NCBI GenBank assembly: GCA_038087875.1
Contig: CM075998.1
Location: forward strand, 3,846,001 to 3,910,000
DNA: 64,000 nt
Reading direction: 5' to 3'
Source of the DNA: Malacoraja senta
Taxonomy: Eukaryota
Position numbers and translations under genes: made by a program. The notes under the pieces are model-generated. The model ran no database searches and was not told where the DNA came from. It saw only the letters and a program-made list of their open reading frames with translations. Positions 9,529 to 21,668 of the stretch are shown here, piece after piece. Position 1 is the first letter of the stretch, and every line of letters begins with the position of its first letter.

Positions 9529-12500
9529 TGTGCGGAAGATTCTTTCAGTGAGTCGTTGCAAAGTTTTTACAAATAGTACAATGAGGATCATTTACAGGGT
9601 AAGGGCAAAGCTGAGAACCACAGATTCCTGCATCCGTTCTCTCCACTAAAGCCCACTGTGGTATGCTGCCACGTGAATGGAACCATTATAACTAATTGTA
9701 CGATAACTAACATAGATGTGTCGTGCATAAACGTTTGCATAATTTGTTTTGTGGTCCTCAGTTAGATCAAATGTCACAGTCAGTTACAATGGCCCTCCTG
9801 TGTCCTGTTAAATTGACCTTGTGGCAACTGTAAGCATCTCTGATTTCTTATCAGTGAAAAGACGTATCTATTAATACTGCTTTTCAAATAAGTGCTATGT
9901 AAAATAATCCATAGGGGAATTTAAAATATTTAAATCCAGCTTTGCCAAGGGTCAGCAAATTTACCAACAAGATTTGATCCTTGGTCTGACACATCATCTG
10001 ATCGCAGCCTGAGATGACACTTGAGGCCTTGAGCGAGAGGCAGGTTGGACTTCAGTAACTGGAGCATCATTATAGGGACCATGACCCAAGTCCATGATAT
10101 GGACCTGGGTCATGTTGGATATATTTGTGGCAGTCAGCTGTGGAGGGAACTAGGCTCACCCACGGTCTTATAACTACTGACATTCAGGTCTTGATTTTAA
10201 CCCCACCAAACAGGAAATGAAGGGTCAGGTGAGAAAATAAAATTCAAACCAGTGCACCTTTACCTACCACAATACAAAACAGAAGCTAACATTAAACCAA
10301 TAAATCTCCCACCTAACTACAGCAAAAGACTTATTGGCCTAATGTTTGCCTGTAAACTGAATCCCCATGATTGATGCACTTTGAAATTTGATGTGATTTT
10401 AACTGACCAACACCTTACACCCAGATTGGCAAGATCATTAAGGCAACCCATGCAGGTTTAGTTGATATCCAGATTTTTTAAAGTCTGAAGAAAGCTGCTC
10501 TTTCACTTTGTTCTGACTTATGATTCTTTGATATCACTGATGTCTTCGGCCTTTATGGTTCTGGTCATCATGTTACAGGAAGTATGTTTTTTTTCACATT
10601 TTGTTTTTGGATGTTGTTGGCAAGACCAGCATTTATTGCACACCCCTAATTAGAACATAGAACAGTACAACACGATGCCAAGACCAACTCTTCTCTGCGT
10701 GCACATGATCCATATCTCTCCATTCTTTACATATCCATGTGCCTATCCAAGTCTCTTAAACGCCACTATTGTATCTGCCTCCACCACCACCACCCCTGGC
10801 CACACGTTCCAGGCACCCACCAACCTCTGTGTAAAAATCTCGCCCCTTTAAACGTTGCCCTTCTCATCTCAAAGCTTTGCCCTCTAGTATTTGATTTTGT
10901 TACTGTGAGGATTGGCCAGAGTGGAACCCCAAACTCGCTATCTACACTCTCTACCCTCTCGACCTTTCTTGGTCCCCAATTACCTGCTGCCTGTACCTTT
11001 GGCGAGACCACCTCACTAAATTTCCTGCCTGCGATGCTCTCATGTTGTCAAGGAAACTTTGATGAGTTGCTCTTATCCATTCGGCACGGACTAGAAGGGC
11101 CGAGATGGCCTGTTTCCATGCTGTAATTGTTATATGGTTATTCAATGGATATTTTTAAGGCAGAGGTAGATATATTCTTGATTAGTATGGGTGTCAGGGG
11201 TCATGGGGAGAAGGCAGGAGAATGGGGTTGAGAGGGAATGATAGATCAGCCATGATTGAATGGCGGTGTAGACTTGATGGGCCGAATGGCCTAATTCTGC
11301 TTCTATCACTTATGATCTTATGAACTTATTTGGTTGATGGTTGACACAGAGAGAGTGAACATCTAAGATGGAGTACAGGGCACCACAAGTGGGCTGCTTT
11401 GTTCTGGATCGTGTTGTTGAAATTGCACTCACGGAGGCAAGTGGAAATCATTCCATCTCTTTGCTTGTATCTGCGAGTCCTGGAAAGACAGGGTGCGAAG
11501 GGATGAGTTAATTTGCTGGCAGATACTCAGCCTCTAACCTGCTCTTGTGGCCTCAGTATTTTGTAGCTTTTCCTGTTAATGTTCAGTTGAATGGTAACCA
11601 TTCCCCTTGCCTCCCCAGCTCCACGCTGGGGATTCTACAATAATAATGTCACTGAATGGAGGGCTTGCTTCCTTTGTGTTGGAAATGGCTGTTGTCTGGT
11701 ACTTTTGTCGCAAATGTTATGACGCAACAGCGTGAAGGAGAAGTTGTCAATCCCTCGAGTCGGCTCTGCACCTCAATGAACCCATTGCTGATGCGCAACT
11801 ATATCCACTTTCCTGCCTGATTTCCATCGCCCCTGATTCCAATGGTGCCAAAAAGTTGATTTAACTTCAGCCTTAAATCTATTCAACAAGTGAGCATTCA
11901 CAGTCCTCTGGTTCCAAAGACTTATAACCCTCTGAGTAAAGATATTTCTCCTCATGTTCAAACAAAGTGGCTGGCCCCTTGTCCTGAGACTATACCTCCT
12001 GACTCTCCTGCCTGAGAAAGCGTCTTCTCACCATCTCCTCTGTCAATTCCTCTGAGAATCCTTTAAGGAGGAAATGTGCGGTGAGCAGGTGCAAAGTGCA
12101 ACGGTGGTGCAGTTTACTATTCTGATTGACGTGGAGAGGGACGCAGTGTTGTGGATTTTTATGAATGGTGTCGGGGAGTGAAAGCAAACAAGCAATTATT
12201 CTGCAGGAGTTGGGTAAAGAAGGATTGTGTAGGAAAGAACTGCAGATGGACATGTGCAGTTCCTCTTCCCGGGTGATCCAGAATCTTGCTGTTGCACTTA
12301 TTCTGAGTCTCTGCTACCTTTATCCACGTCTCCCCTTATAAGGAGCAATACCTCCTGGCCTCCACTTTATCCAGGATGACTAGGAAAGCATCGAACAAAC
12401 GGAAGAGATAAATGTAATAAAAAGGAACCGCAGATGCTAGTTTATACCAAAGATAGACACAAAATGCATGAGTAACTCAGCGGGTCAGGCAGCATCTCTG

Positions 12501-13069
12501 GAGAAAATGGATAGGTGATGTTTCGGGTCGAGACCCTTCTTCAGTCTAAAGTCTGACACCTTTCAATTTTCTCCAGAGATGCTGCCTAACCCGCCGAGTT
12601 ACTCTAGCACTCTGTGTCTTTTTTGGTAAACCAGCATCTGCAGTGCCTTGTATCTGCAAAGATACTTTTCTTCTCTTTACAGTAACATTCCGAATGTCTC
12701 CGTTTCACTTGCAGTTGCTGAACAATTTTCTCCTACCATCACTAACAGCGGCGCAATTAGACTTTAATATGCTGGCCAGGAAACCATATCATGTGTGTGG
12801 GCTTTGGGTACTGCATTAAAACTTGCTGCTATCGACAAGAAAGAAACAGCAGTTCTAGATTATCATGAGTACGTTGAGTTAGGACCATCGTCAGTTAGCC
12901 AGTACAGTTACATTGGTTAAATCTGTATCTGATTCTTGTAATAATTATTTGCTCTTCCCCAAGCATAGATGAAAGTTTTCCCATTCTTGGGGCATAATAG
13001 CCCATCTGTGGTTTCTCCAAGGATATTAAGCATCAACATGATGGCTTGAATCCAGAATCCCAGATTTTA

Positions 13070-13352
13070 GCACGCCACAGTGGCGCAGCGTAGAGTTGCT
13101 GCCTTACAGCACCAGAGACCCGTGTTCGCTCCTGTTTATGGGTGCTGTCTGTACGTTCTCCCCGTGACCCGCGTGGTTTTCTCCGGGTGCTCCGGTTTCC
13201 TCCCACGTTCCAAAGACATACAGGTTTGTAGGTTAATTGGCTTCTGTAGAAATTGTAAATTCTCCCCAGTGTGTGTAGGATAGTGTAAGTGTACGGGGTG
13301 GTCGCTGGTCGGCGGTCGAAGGGCCTCTCTCCGTACTGTATCTCTAACGTCT
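13070..13352 (+). mobile_element. tRNA-derived SINE (HE1/V-SINE type)
   Basis: Same head, core and tail as 5913-6220. Confidence 0.8.
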
Positions 13353-13548
13353 AAGTAAATTTATGTTATGACTTGGAGTGGAAGTGTTGCTTCACTGCTT
13401 ATGAAACAACATAAAAATGACAGTGTGGAAAAGACCCATTTGTCCATTCTATATGGTTGTGATGGGCTTTGTGCAGTTTCGCTTTTGCTTCCTACCCATT
13501 TGAAGCCATGTATTATCCCGAGGAGAAAGAGCACATTGAGACATTATG

Positions 13549-13846
13549 GACAGCACGGTGGCACAGGTGGGTAGAGTTGCTGCCTCACAGCGCCAGAGAC
13601 GTGGGTTCCATCCTGACCACGGGTGCTATCTGTACGTTCTCCCCGTGACCTGCGTGGGATTTTCTCCGAGATCTTTCGTTTCCTCCCACACTCCAAAGAC
13701 GTACAGGTTTGTAGGTTAATTGGCTTGGTGAAAATGTAAAAATTGTCGGTGTGCGTGTAGGGTATGTGTTATGTGTGGGGATTGCTGGTCGGTGCGGACA
13801 TGGTGGGCCGAAAAGCCTTGTTTCCACGTTGTAGCTCTAACTAAAC
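13549..13846 (+). mobile_element. tRNA-derived SINE (HE1/V-SINE type)
   Basis: Same family as 5913-6220. Confidence 0.8.
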
Positions 13847-14756
13847 TGTGTAATTAGTAACAGGGAGGTGGGGTGGATTCTGGGTCTGACCAGAAAATTC
13901 CCATCCAACTCCTTTAGATATTAAAACTCTGAGCCATATTGACTGTGTTACATAGAACGTCATCGTTCCCCCAGGCAGAAACTGGCTAAATTCTTGAGGA
14001 ATTTGATGTCAGCTTTTATCGCATGGGTCAAAAATAGGAAAGATGAACCATCATAAGAATTACCCTTACCTACTATGTACATGTGATCCCTGGCCTCCCT
14101 TATTTTAAATTAAAAGAATTGGTCCACATAAACACAATCTAATCCCTCCATGTTTCTATAAACGTCAATCAAGTTGCTGAGTCCCATGCTTTTGTCAAGT
14201 CTGCTGACCCAGATTTTTTGATGTTATCTTGGTAACTAAAGTGTTTTAAATTGGAAATTGGAAATTACTTTTGTGGCTCTGCTTTGCATCCTTTTAAAGC
14301 TTCAATATCATCCACCATGTAGAAGATGTAACATGGTAATAACTGGGGCTTGAATAAGGTCATATGCAAGAACAGAATGCAGTGCTCTAGTTTAGAATGA
14401 ATTGTCCTATAAATCCTGATCCCTTCAGCTATAGTTGTATGATATTAGTCATGAACTTTGATAGAATGATGCACCAAAACACCACTGGCTTCAATTCTGT
14501 TCTCTGCAGGGTGCAAGTCAGGCTTAGAATTCAACCTTCATTTTCAATGGCTTCGAGCAAGCTGTGAGCAAAAAACAAAATCCCAAGCCTGCTTCATTTG
14601 TGTGCCCACATGATTGATTTTAATAATATTGCCTGTAACCATAAGCATTGCTTGTTGTAGTAGCCTGTTGCGACAGCACGGACAGCCATTTTGCACTGTT
14701 GAGAGACCAACAATGCAGTTTTAATTTCTGCTTGGGTACATTCCGCTTGGGTATAG

Positions 14757-15375
14757 CTCATATTCCCCTTGGGGAGCTTACAACCTAACAATGTTAACAT
14801 TGAATTCACCAATTTTATGTAAACGACCCCCCCCCCCCCCCCTCCTCGGACATTTTTTGTGCCTCCCCTTTTTTACCCCCTCTCGTCCCTGTGCCCCAGC
14901 TGAATGTGCATCCCCTTCCAGCTATGTGTAGGAAGGAACTGCAGATGCTGGTTTACTCGGAAGATTCCTTCCTATATTCCTTCCTCTTGCTTCACATGTA
15001 ACACTTCATTTATCCTTATCTCACACTTTCTGTCTTTTCATCTCTAGCTTTTGATCAATCATCTTCCAATCAACTCCCCCATGCCTCACCCTCACCTGTA
15101 TCCACCTATCACTTGCTAGGCTTTGTCCTGCCTCCACCTCTCCTCCAGCTTTCTCTCCCCCTACTACAATTTGTCTGAAGCTGGTTCCTGACCCGAAAGG
15201 TACACAAAAATGCTGGAGAAACTCAGCGGGTGCAGCAGCATCTATGGAGCGAAGGAAATAGGCAACGTTTCGGGCCGAAACCCTTCTTCAGACTCCTGAC
15301 CCGAAACGTTGCCTGTCCATGTTCTCCAGCGATGCTGCCCTACCCACCGAGTTACTCCAGCACTTTGTGTCATTT
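14757..15375 (+). mobile_element. Penelope-like element 3' fragment with a nested antisense piece
   Basis: Encodes LIFPLGSLQPNNVNIEFTNF, followed by the pyrimidine-rich 3' region and terminal repeat. Reverse-complementary to 23897-24340. Confidence 0.7.
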
Positions 15376-15834
15376 TTGGTTTAGTTTTCTGTTTAGTTCA
15401 CTTTATTGTACCAAGGTACAGGGAAAAGCTTTTTGTAGCGTGCTAACCAGTCAGCAGAAAGACAACATGGTTACAATCGTAATCATGGTAAACCAGCAAC
15501 TGCAGATCCTGGTGTCTCCAATGCAATTTCCTGCCTGCCACAAGCATTGTTCCATTCTGTCAGTGGCCACCGTACAGTTCTGCTATGTTTGGATCTTTCC
15601 TAGCCATTTTTATCTTTCCTGTTGCTCTGGAGTTCATGTCATTTACATTGTACTGCACCAGGAGCACCATTTGTAATATATATATATCTCCCTGTATGGT
15701 TTTACAATATTGCATTCCTGGTGCAGAAATCATTGACAGCTTGTGCTCAGATTTCCAGCATGAACTTGTGGCACGAAAGGATTTGTGCCTGAATCTTATA
15801 AGGCCACCCATATGAGTTTGCTACAACTCATTCA

Positions 15835-16138
15835 TTTAGTTTAGAGATACAGCGCGGAATCAGGCCCTTCGGTGCACCGAGTCCGCACCGACCAGCGATC
15901 CCTGCATAGTTACACTATTCTGCACACACTAGGGACAATTTACAATTATACCAAACCAATGAACTTATAAACCTGTACGTCTTCGGGGTGAGGGAGGAAA
16001 CCAGAGCACCCGGAGAAAACCCACGCAGGGCAGGGGGAGAATGTACAAACTCCGTACAGACAGCACCCGTAGTCAGGATCGAACCCAGGTCTCTGGCGCT
16101 GTGAGGCAGCAACTCTACTGCTGCGCTACTGTGCCGCC
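15835..16138 (-). mobile_element. tRNA-derived SINE (HE1/V-SINE type)
   Basis: Reverse complement of the SINE at 21353-21668. Confidence 0.82.
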
Positions 16139-16576
16139 ATACAGTACAGTTATACACAGTTATATGTATGCTAATAGTCGCCACATAAAGGGCGCTGACA
16201 AAGTTACAAAGTATCCCGCGCCAGATCCCTTGTTCTTCCCCTCGCTCCAGGTCCACCGTTGTTCTTCCTTCCCCCCCCCCCCCCCCAATGGCGACCCCCC
16301 CCATCTGATGAGGAATCTGATTAAATTCACACCAATATGGTGGGGTGGGTTTAATATTTCACCTGTGGAGAAGGTGACAGCATTTGACACAACATAGAAG
16401 CGAATGTCGCAATCGGCCCCTCTGCCCCCATGTGAATTTGACAAGCTTCTGAGGTCAGTTGGCCGTATTCCAGTTATTCCAGTTTCTTTACAAAATTGTG
16501 AACATTTTGCAATATAAGAAATATTGAACCTTACAATTAAGGCCCTGTGATAACTGTTGGGAAAGTTGTCAAGAAT

Positions 16577-16955
16577 AGGGCGACGCAGTGGTAGAGTTGC
16601 CACCTTACAGAGCCAGAGTTGCTGCCTTACAGCGCCAGAGGCCTGGGTTCGAACCTGACTACGGGTGCTGTCTGTACAGAGTTTGTACCTTCTCCATGTG
16701 ACCATGTGGGTTTTCTCTGGGTGCTCCCACATTCCAAGACGTACAGGATTGTAGGTTAATTGGCTTTGGTAAAATTGTAAATGGTAAATTGTGCGGGTAA
16801 GATGTGCGGGTTGCTAGGTTAATCGGCCCTCTGTAAATTGCCCCAGGAATGTAGGGAGTGGATGAGAAAGTGAGGTAACTTAGAACTAGTGTGAACGGGA
16901 GATCGATGGTCAACGTAGACGGTGGGCTGAAGGGCCTGTTTCCACGCTGTGTCTT
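16577..16955 (+). mobile_element. tRNA-derived SINE, variant with longer 3' part
   Basis: A/B-box head with a small duplication, same core, gaagggcctgtttcc tail. Confidence 0.75.
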
Positions 16956-18318
16956 TTGATATTTCAATGAATCAAAGCAGATAACACTGTAATATTTGAG
17001 GTTCCTCTGAGCTTGTTGCTCAAGTTCAGCTCGGAGTTATTACCAATTGGACAACCTTGTGGTGAACCTAGGAATGTGGAGTTAGATTATCACCTTGTGG
17101 CTGCCATCCATCATCCTTTCAATAAGATAATGGCCATGTGGTGATTTAGTAAATGAGATTCCCATTGGTAAATTCAGTGAAGTGAGCCAGCTGATTAGAC
17201 TTTAGACTTTAGAGATACAGCGCGGAAACAGGCCCTTTGACCCACTAAGTCCGTGCCGACCAGCAGTCCACCCGTACACTAGAACAATCCTACACACAAA
17301 AGGAACATTTACAATTTACAAAGGCCAATTAACCTACAAACCCATCTGTCTTTAGAGCTGTACCACTGTGCCGCTCTAATCTGCCCTGATCATGGGCACA
17401 AATTATATCCTTTCTTAACCTTGCACTCACAGGACCTTGCATTCATAGGAAGTATTGTGCAGACTTGTATATTATCCATACAGTTAATGATCAAGAGGGC
17501 AGCAGAGTTTGATTGATCTTTTTTACATTTGCATGTTTTGATCTAATATTCTGAATTGTAGTGGTGCTCTGAAAATACAGTTTCACTTGTAATATTGCAC
17601 AAATATTTAGCCGTTCTGAGTCCTCGTACTCCTTTGGGGTTTGTTTAGCCCTGTAACAGCTCATCCTTCTGCCATGGAACCAACCACTTGTTCCAGTGTG
17701 AGTCGGGACGTGAAAGTCCAGCAGATCCAGAGAGGGTCGCAGTAACATCATCTCATGTTTTTTTTAAAGCTGCGTCTGATCGCCCAGCTCGTGTGAGGCC
17801 CGTAACATACTGCCAAACACCACAACGGGCATGGTTATTTGAAGCAGTCACAAAGTTTTATTTGTTAAAACTATTTTTTGACGAAACAGAAACTAGAGTG
17901 GAAAGTATCGCTGGAGAATCTGGCTTGCTGTGATGGAGCAGCCAGCCAGCTGTCCAAACGCCGCACGGTGCCAGCCAAGAAGCAATAGGAAGCAAGCTGT
18001 CAGTGTGAGGCAGCGGGCAAACAGCAAGCCAGCAAGCAGCAAAAGCAAGCAAGCGGCAGCAGCAAAAGCAAGCAGCACTAACAATGCGAAAGGGAGCTTT
18101 GAATTTGGTTCTGGAGTCACAGAAGCCTGTTAGGGGCAGCAGTAGGGAGCACAAGTCTCGTGAACTGACTTGGAAACGTAAGTTAACATACCAGCGGCAG
18201 GGGCTTCTCCTGGCCTCATTAAGCTGTTACCACTTTGCTAACTGCACCTATAAAGCTTCCCTACTGCAAAATGCCGAAACAAGGAATTGCAGATACTGGT
18301 TTACAAAAAAGGACACAC

Positions 18319-19170
18319 ATTGCTGGAGAAACTCGGGGTCAGGCAGCATCTGTGGAGAACATGGATAGGTGACGTTTCACAGAGTGCTGGAGTAACTCAG
18401 CGGGTCAGGCAGCATCTGTGGAGAACATGGATAGGTGACGTTTCACAGAGTGCTGGAGTAACTCAGCGGGTCAGGCAGCATCTGTGGAGAACATGGATAG
18501 GTGACGTTTCACAGAGTGCTGGAGTAACTCAGCGGGTCAGGCAGCATCTGTGGAGAACATGGATAGGTGACGTTTCACAGAGTGCTGGAGTAACTCAGCG
18601 GGTCAGGCAGCATCTGTGGAGAACATGGATAGGTGACGTTTCACAGAGTGCTGGAGTAACTCAGCGGGTCAGGCAGCATCATTGGACAACATGGATAGGT
18701 GACGTTTCACAGAGTGCTGGAGTAACTCAGCGGGTCAGGCAGCATCTGTGGAGAACATGGATAGGTGACATTTCACAGAGTGCTGGAGTAACTCAGTGGG
18801 TCAGGCAGCATCTGTGGAGAACATGGATAGGTGACGTTTCACAGAGTGCTGGAGTAACTCAGCGGGTCAGGCAGCATCTGTGGAGAACATGGATAGGTGA
18901 CGTTTCACAGAGTGCTGGAGTAACTCAGCGGGTCAGGCAGCATCTGTGGAGAACATGGATAGGTGACGTTTCACAGAATGCTGGAGTAACTCAGCGGGTC
19001 AGGCAGCATCTGTGGAGAACATGGATAGGTGACGTTTCACAGAGTGCTGGAGTAACTCAGCGGGTCAGGCAGCATCTGTGGAGAACATGGATAGGTGACG
19101 TTTCACAGAGTGCTGGAGTAACTCAGCGGGTCAGGCAGCATCTCTGGAGAACATGGATAGGTGACGATTC
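18319..19170. repeat. 66-bp tandem array, about 13 copies, same unit as 7094-7673
   Basis: 66-bp period; gives the 22-aa repeat in ORF 18287-19198. Flanked by the remainder of the Penelope terminal repeat. Confidence 0.95.
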
Positions 19171-19926
19171 AGGTTGCTACCCTTCTTCAGACAGGTAATG
19201 TTTTAGGTTGGGACCTTTCAGTCTGAAGAAGGGTCCCCACCTGAAACGTCACCTATGCTGCCTGTCCCACAGAGTTACTCCAGCACTTTGTGTCCTTTAC
19301 TGTAAATGCCGACCGTGTTATCATTATTCCCCTGCAACATTAATTAATTTTACAGCACAGTGGACGTTGGCTGTAAATCACCGTGCACAGGATTTATTTA
19401 TTCACAGATAAATTTACTGTAAATGCTGATTGTGTTACAGTGGCATTAATAGCATAAGTGCAGAAATGGTGGCATCCTGAAGAAGGAACAGTGGCAGTAT
19501 GAAGATGGAGCATAGAGTTAGTTTACAGTCAGAATGGATACGACATATTTCTCTGTTCATCAGCAGGTCTCAGACTCTTGATGCTGTTCTCAATATGCCG
19601 TATGATCATGGTGCCAAATTCAATACGACCCATGCGTTTTTTTTTATTGTATCCGCTTTTTTCCAACGAGAATCTGAAACGAGTAGCTTTGATAATCAGT
19701 ACTAACCATGCCTATTTTGTTTTGGTCACCCCAGGAAATATTCCCAATTATGTAAACTTAGCATTATGCCAGTCATAAATATAGGTAACAACTGGAACGC
19801 AAGCAAAAAATGGTGTTTAAACACATGAGGGGGGAGGGTTTAGTGGTGAGAAGTGGCAGTGTGAAAGGATCTGAATATTTTCATGTGATCTTCTTGCATC
19901 TATCCCAGCTACTTCTGAAACCCTTG

Positions 19927-20335
19927 GAAACAGGCCCTTCTGCCCAACTTGCCCATGCTGACCAACATGCCCCATCTATACTAGTCCCACCTGCCTGCGT
20001 TTGGCCCATAACCCACTAAACCTGTCCTATCCGTGTACGTGTCCAATTGTGTTTTTTTTTATGTTGTTATAGTATCTGCCTCAACTACCTCATTTAGCAG
20101 TTTGTTCCATATACCCATCACCCTCTGTGTGAAAAAAGTTGCCCCTCATGATCCTATTAAATATTTCCCCTCTCACCTTCAACTTATGCCCTTTGGTTCT
20201 TGATGCTCCAACTCTGGGTAAAAGACTCCATGCATTCACTCTATCTATTCCCCTCATGATTATACACACCTCTATAAGATCACCCCTCGTCCTCCTGCGC
20301 TTCAAGGAATAAAGTCCTAGCCTGCCCCAACATCT
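19927..20335 (-). mobile_element. CR1-clade LINE 3' fragment
   Basis: Encodes RRTRGDLIEVCIIMRGIDRV...RTKGH, followed by the tail. Confidence 0.85.
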
Positions 20336-21352
20336 CCCATGGGCCGAATTCTGCTCCTATAATGTATGAACTTACGAAGAAAGAGATTTTGGTCAAATAA
20401 ACTGCTGAATTACGTTATAAATAGTTGTATAGATGAATTTTAGAATCTTTACTTTCATCTGTAAAGAAGATATTTTACTGTATAGTTTTCAAATATATTT
20501 ACAAATGAATTTGGTGGCATATAGGTCAACCAGAGCTTTTACAGGGTTTATTTATAAAAATATTTCAGTAAATTAACTGAAAGATTTGGATGTTTTAATC
20601 CTTTTGCGGCTCATTGTACTAATGGGACAGCTTGTAATTGTTCTGTCATGCGGAGTTTTACCGTGAGAGAGGGAGTTCGGATTGTAACTAGCCCAAAGTT
20701 TAAAGGGGCTACACTCAACTTGTTAGAAATGGAACATGATAGTTAGCATGTTGTCAGAGAGAATGCAGTGGTTAGAAAATATATCATGGAGGGTCGTGAC
20801 CGATAATGAGAACGGTGCAGAAGGAACAGGATCAGGATGCGTTTGTCTGACAGGGACTGTGCAGAGTATAGGAGGTAGACAGACTGCAGTGATTAGTTGG
20901 TTTGTCACGAGTGAGAATGTTGAAATAATAAAACTGCTACTGTGTGGTGGAGGGGACGGGGGGGAATCATAAACGATCACTGGCATTGGATCTCGTTCAT
21001 GAACATTTTACATGGTGGACTGAATGACCTTCGTCTCTGGTGTAAAGTTCTGTAGAGCAGATTCTGTTTGTGATTTTGTCAAATGGCAGTCTGATGGACA
21101 CCATCATTGTATATGTAAATGGGAATGCATTGAATCAGCAAAGAATTACTGCAAAAACAGGGCTCTTAAAGATAGCAGAGTCAGGGGATATGGGGAGAAG
21201 GCAGGGACGGGGTACTGATTGGGGATGATCAGCCATGATCACATTGAATGGCGGTGCTGGCTCAAAGGGCCGAATGGCCTCCTCCTGCACCTATTGTCTA
21301 TTGTCTATAAAAGCATGTTTTTCTACGAGCTGCAGAAATTGGAGGCGGAAAA

Positions 21353-21668
21353 CAGGGTGGCACGGTGGCGCAGCGGTAAAGTTGCTGCCTCACAGCGCCA
21401 GAGACCCGGGTTCGATTCTAACTACGGGTGCTGGCGGTACGGAGTTTGTACACTCTCCCTGTGACCGCGTGGGTTTTCTCCGGGTGCTCCGGCTTCCTCT
21501 CACACTTCAAAGACATATAGGTTTGTAGATTCATTGGCTTTGGTAAAAATTGTAAATTGTCCCTAGTGTGAAGGATAGTGCTAGTGTACAGGGATCACTG
21601 GTCAGCGCAGATTCGGTGGCCGAAGAGCCTGTTTCCACTTTGTATCTCTAAACTAAACTAAATTAAAC
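21353..21668 (+). mobile_element. tRNA-derived SINE (HE1/V-SINE type)
   Basis: gggtggcacggtggcgcagcgg...cccgggttcgattc head and (ctaaa)n tail. Confidence 0.85.

Noticed and set aside
10236..10304. POU6 poly(A) signals (AATAAA at 10236 and 10299, ATTAAA at 10291)
   Set aside because: Plausible, but hexamers alone cannot fix the 3' end without transcript data.
14672..14690. REST/NRSE site (cagcacggacag)
   Set aside because: Half-site spacing is shorter than the canonical CAGCACCnnGGACAG.
18287..19198. 303-aa repeat protein ORF
   Set aside because: By-product of a 66-bp (3n) tandem unit lacking stops in one frame; no gene context.
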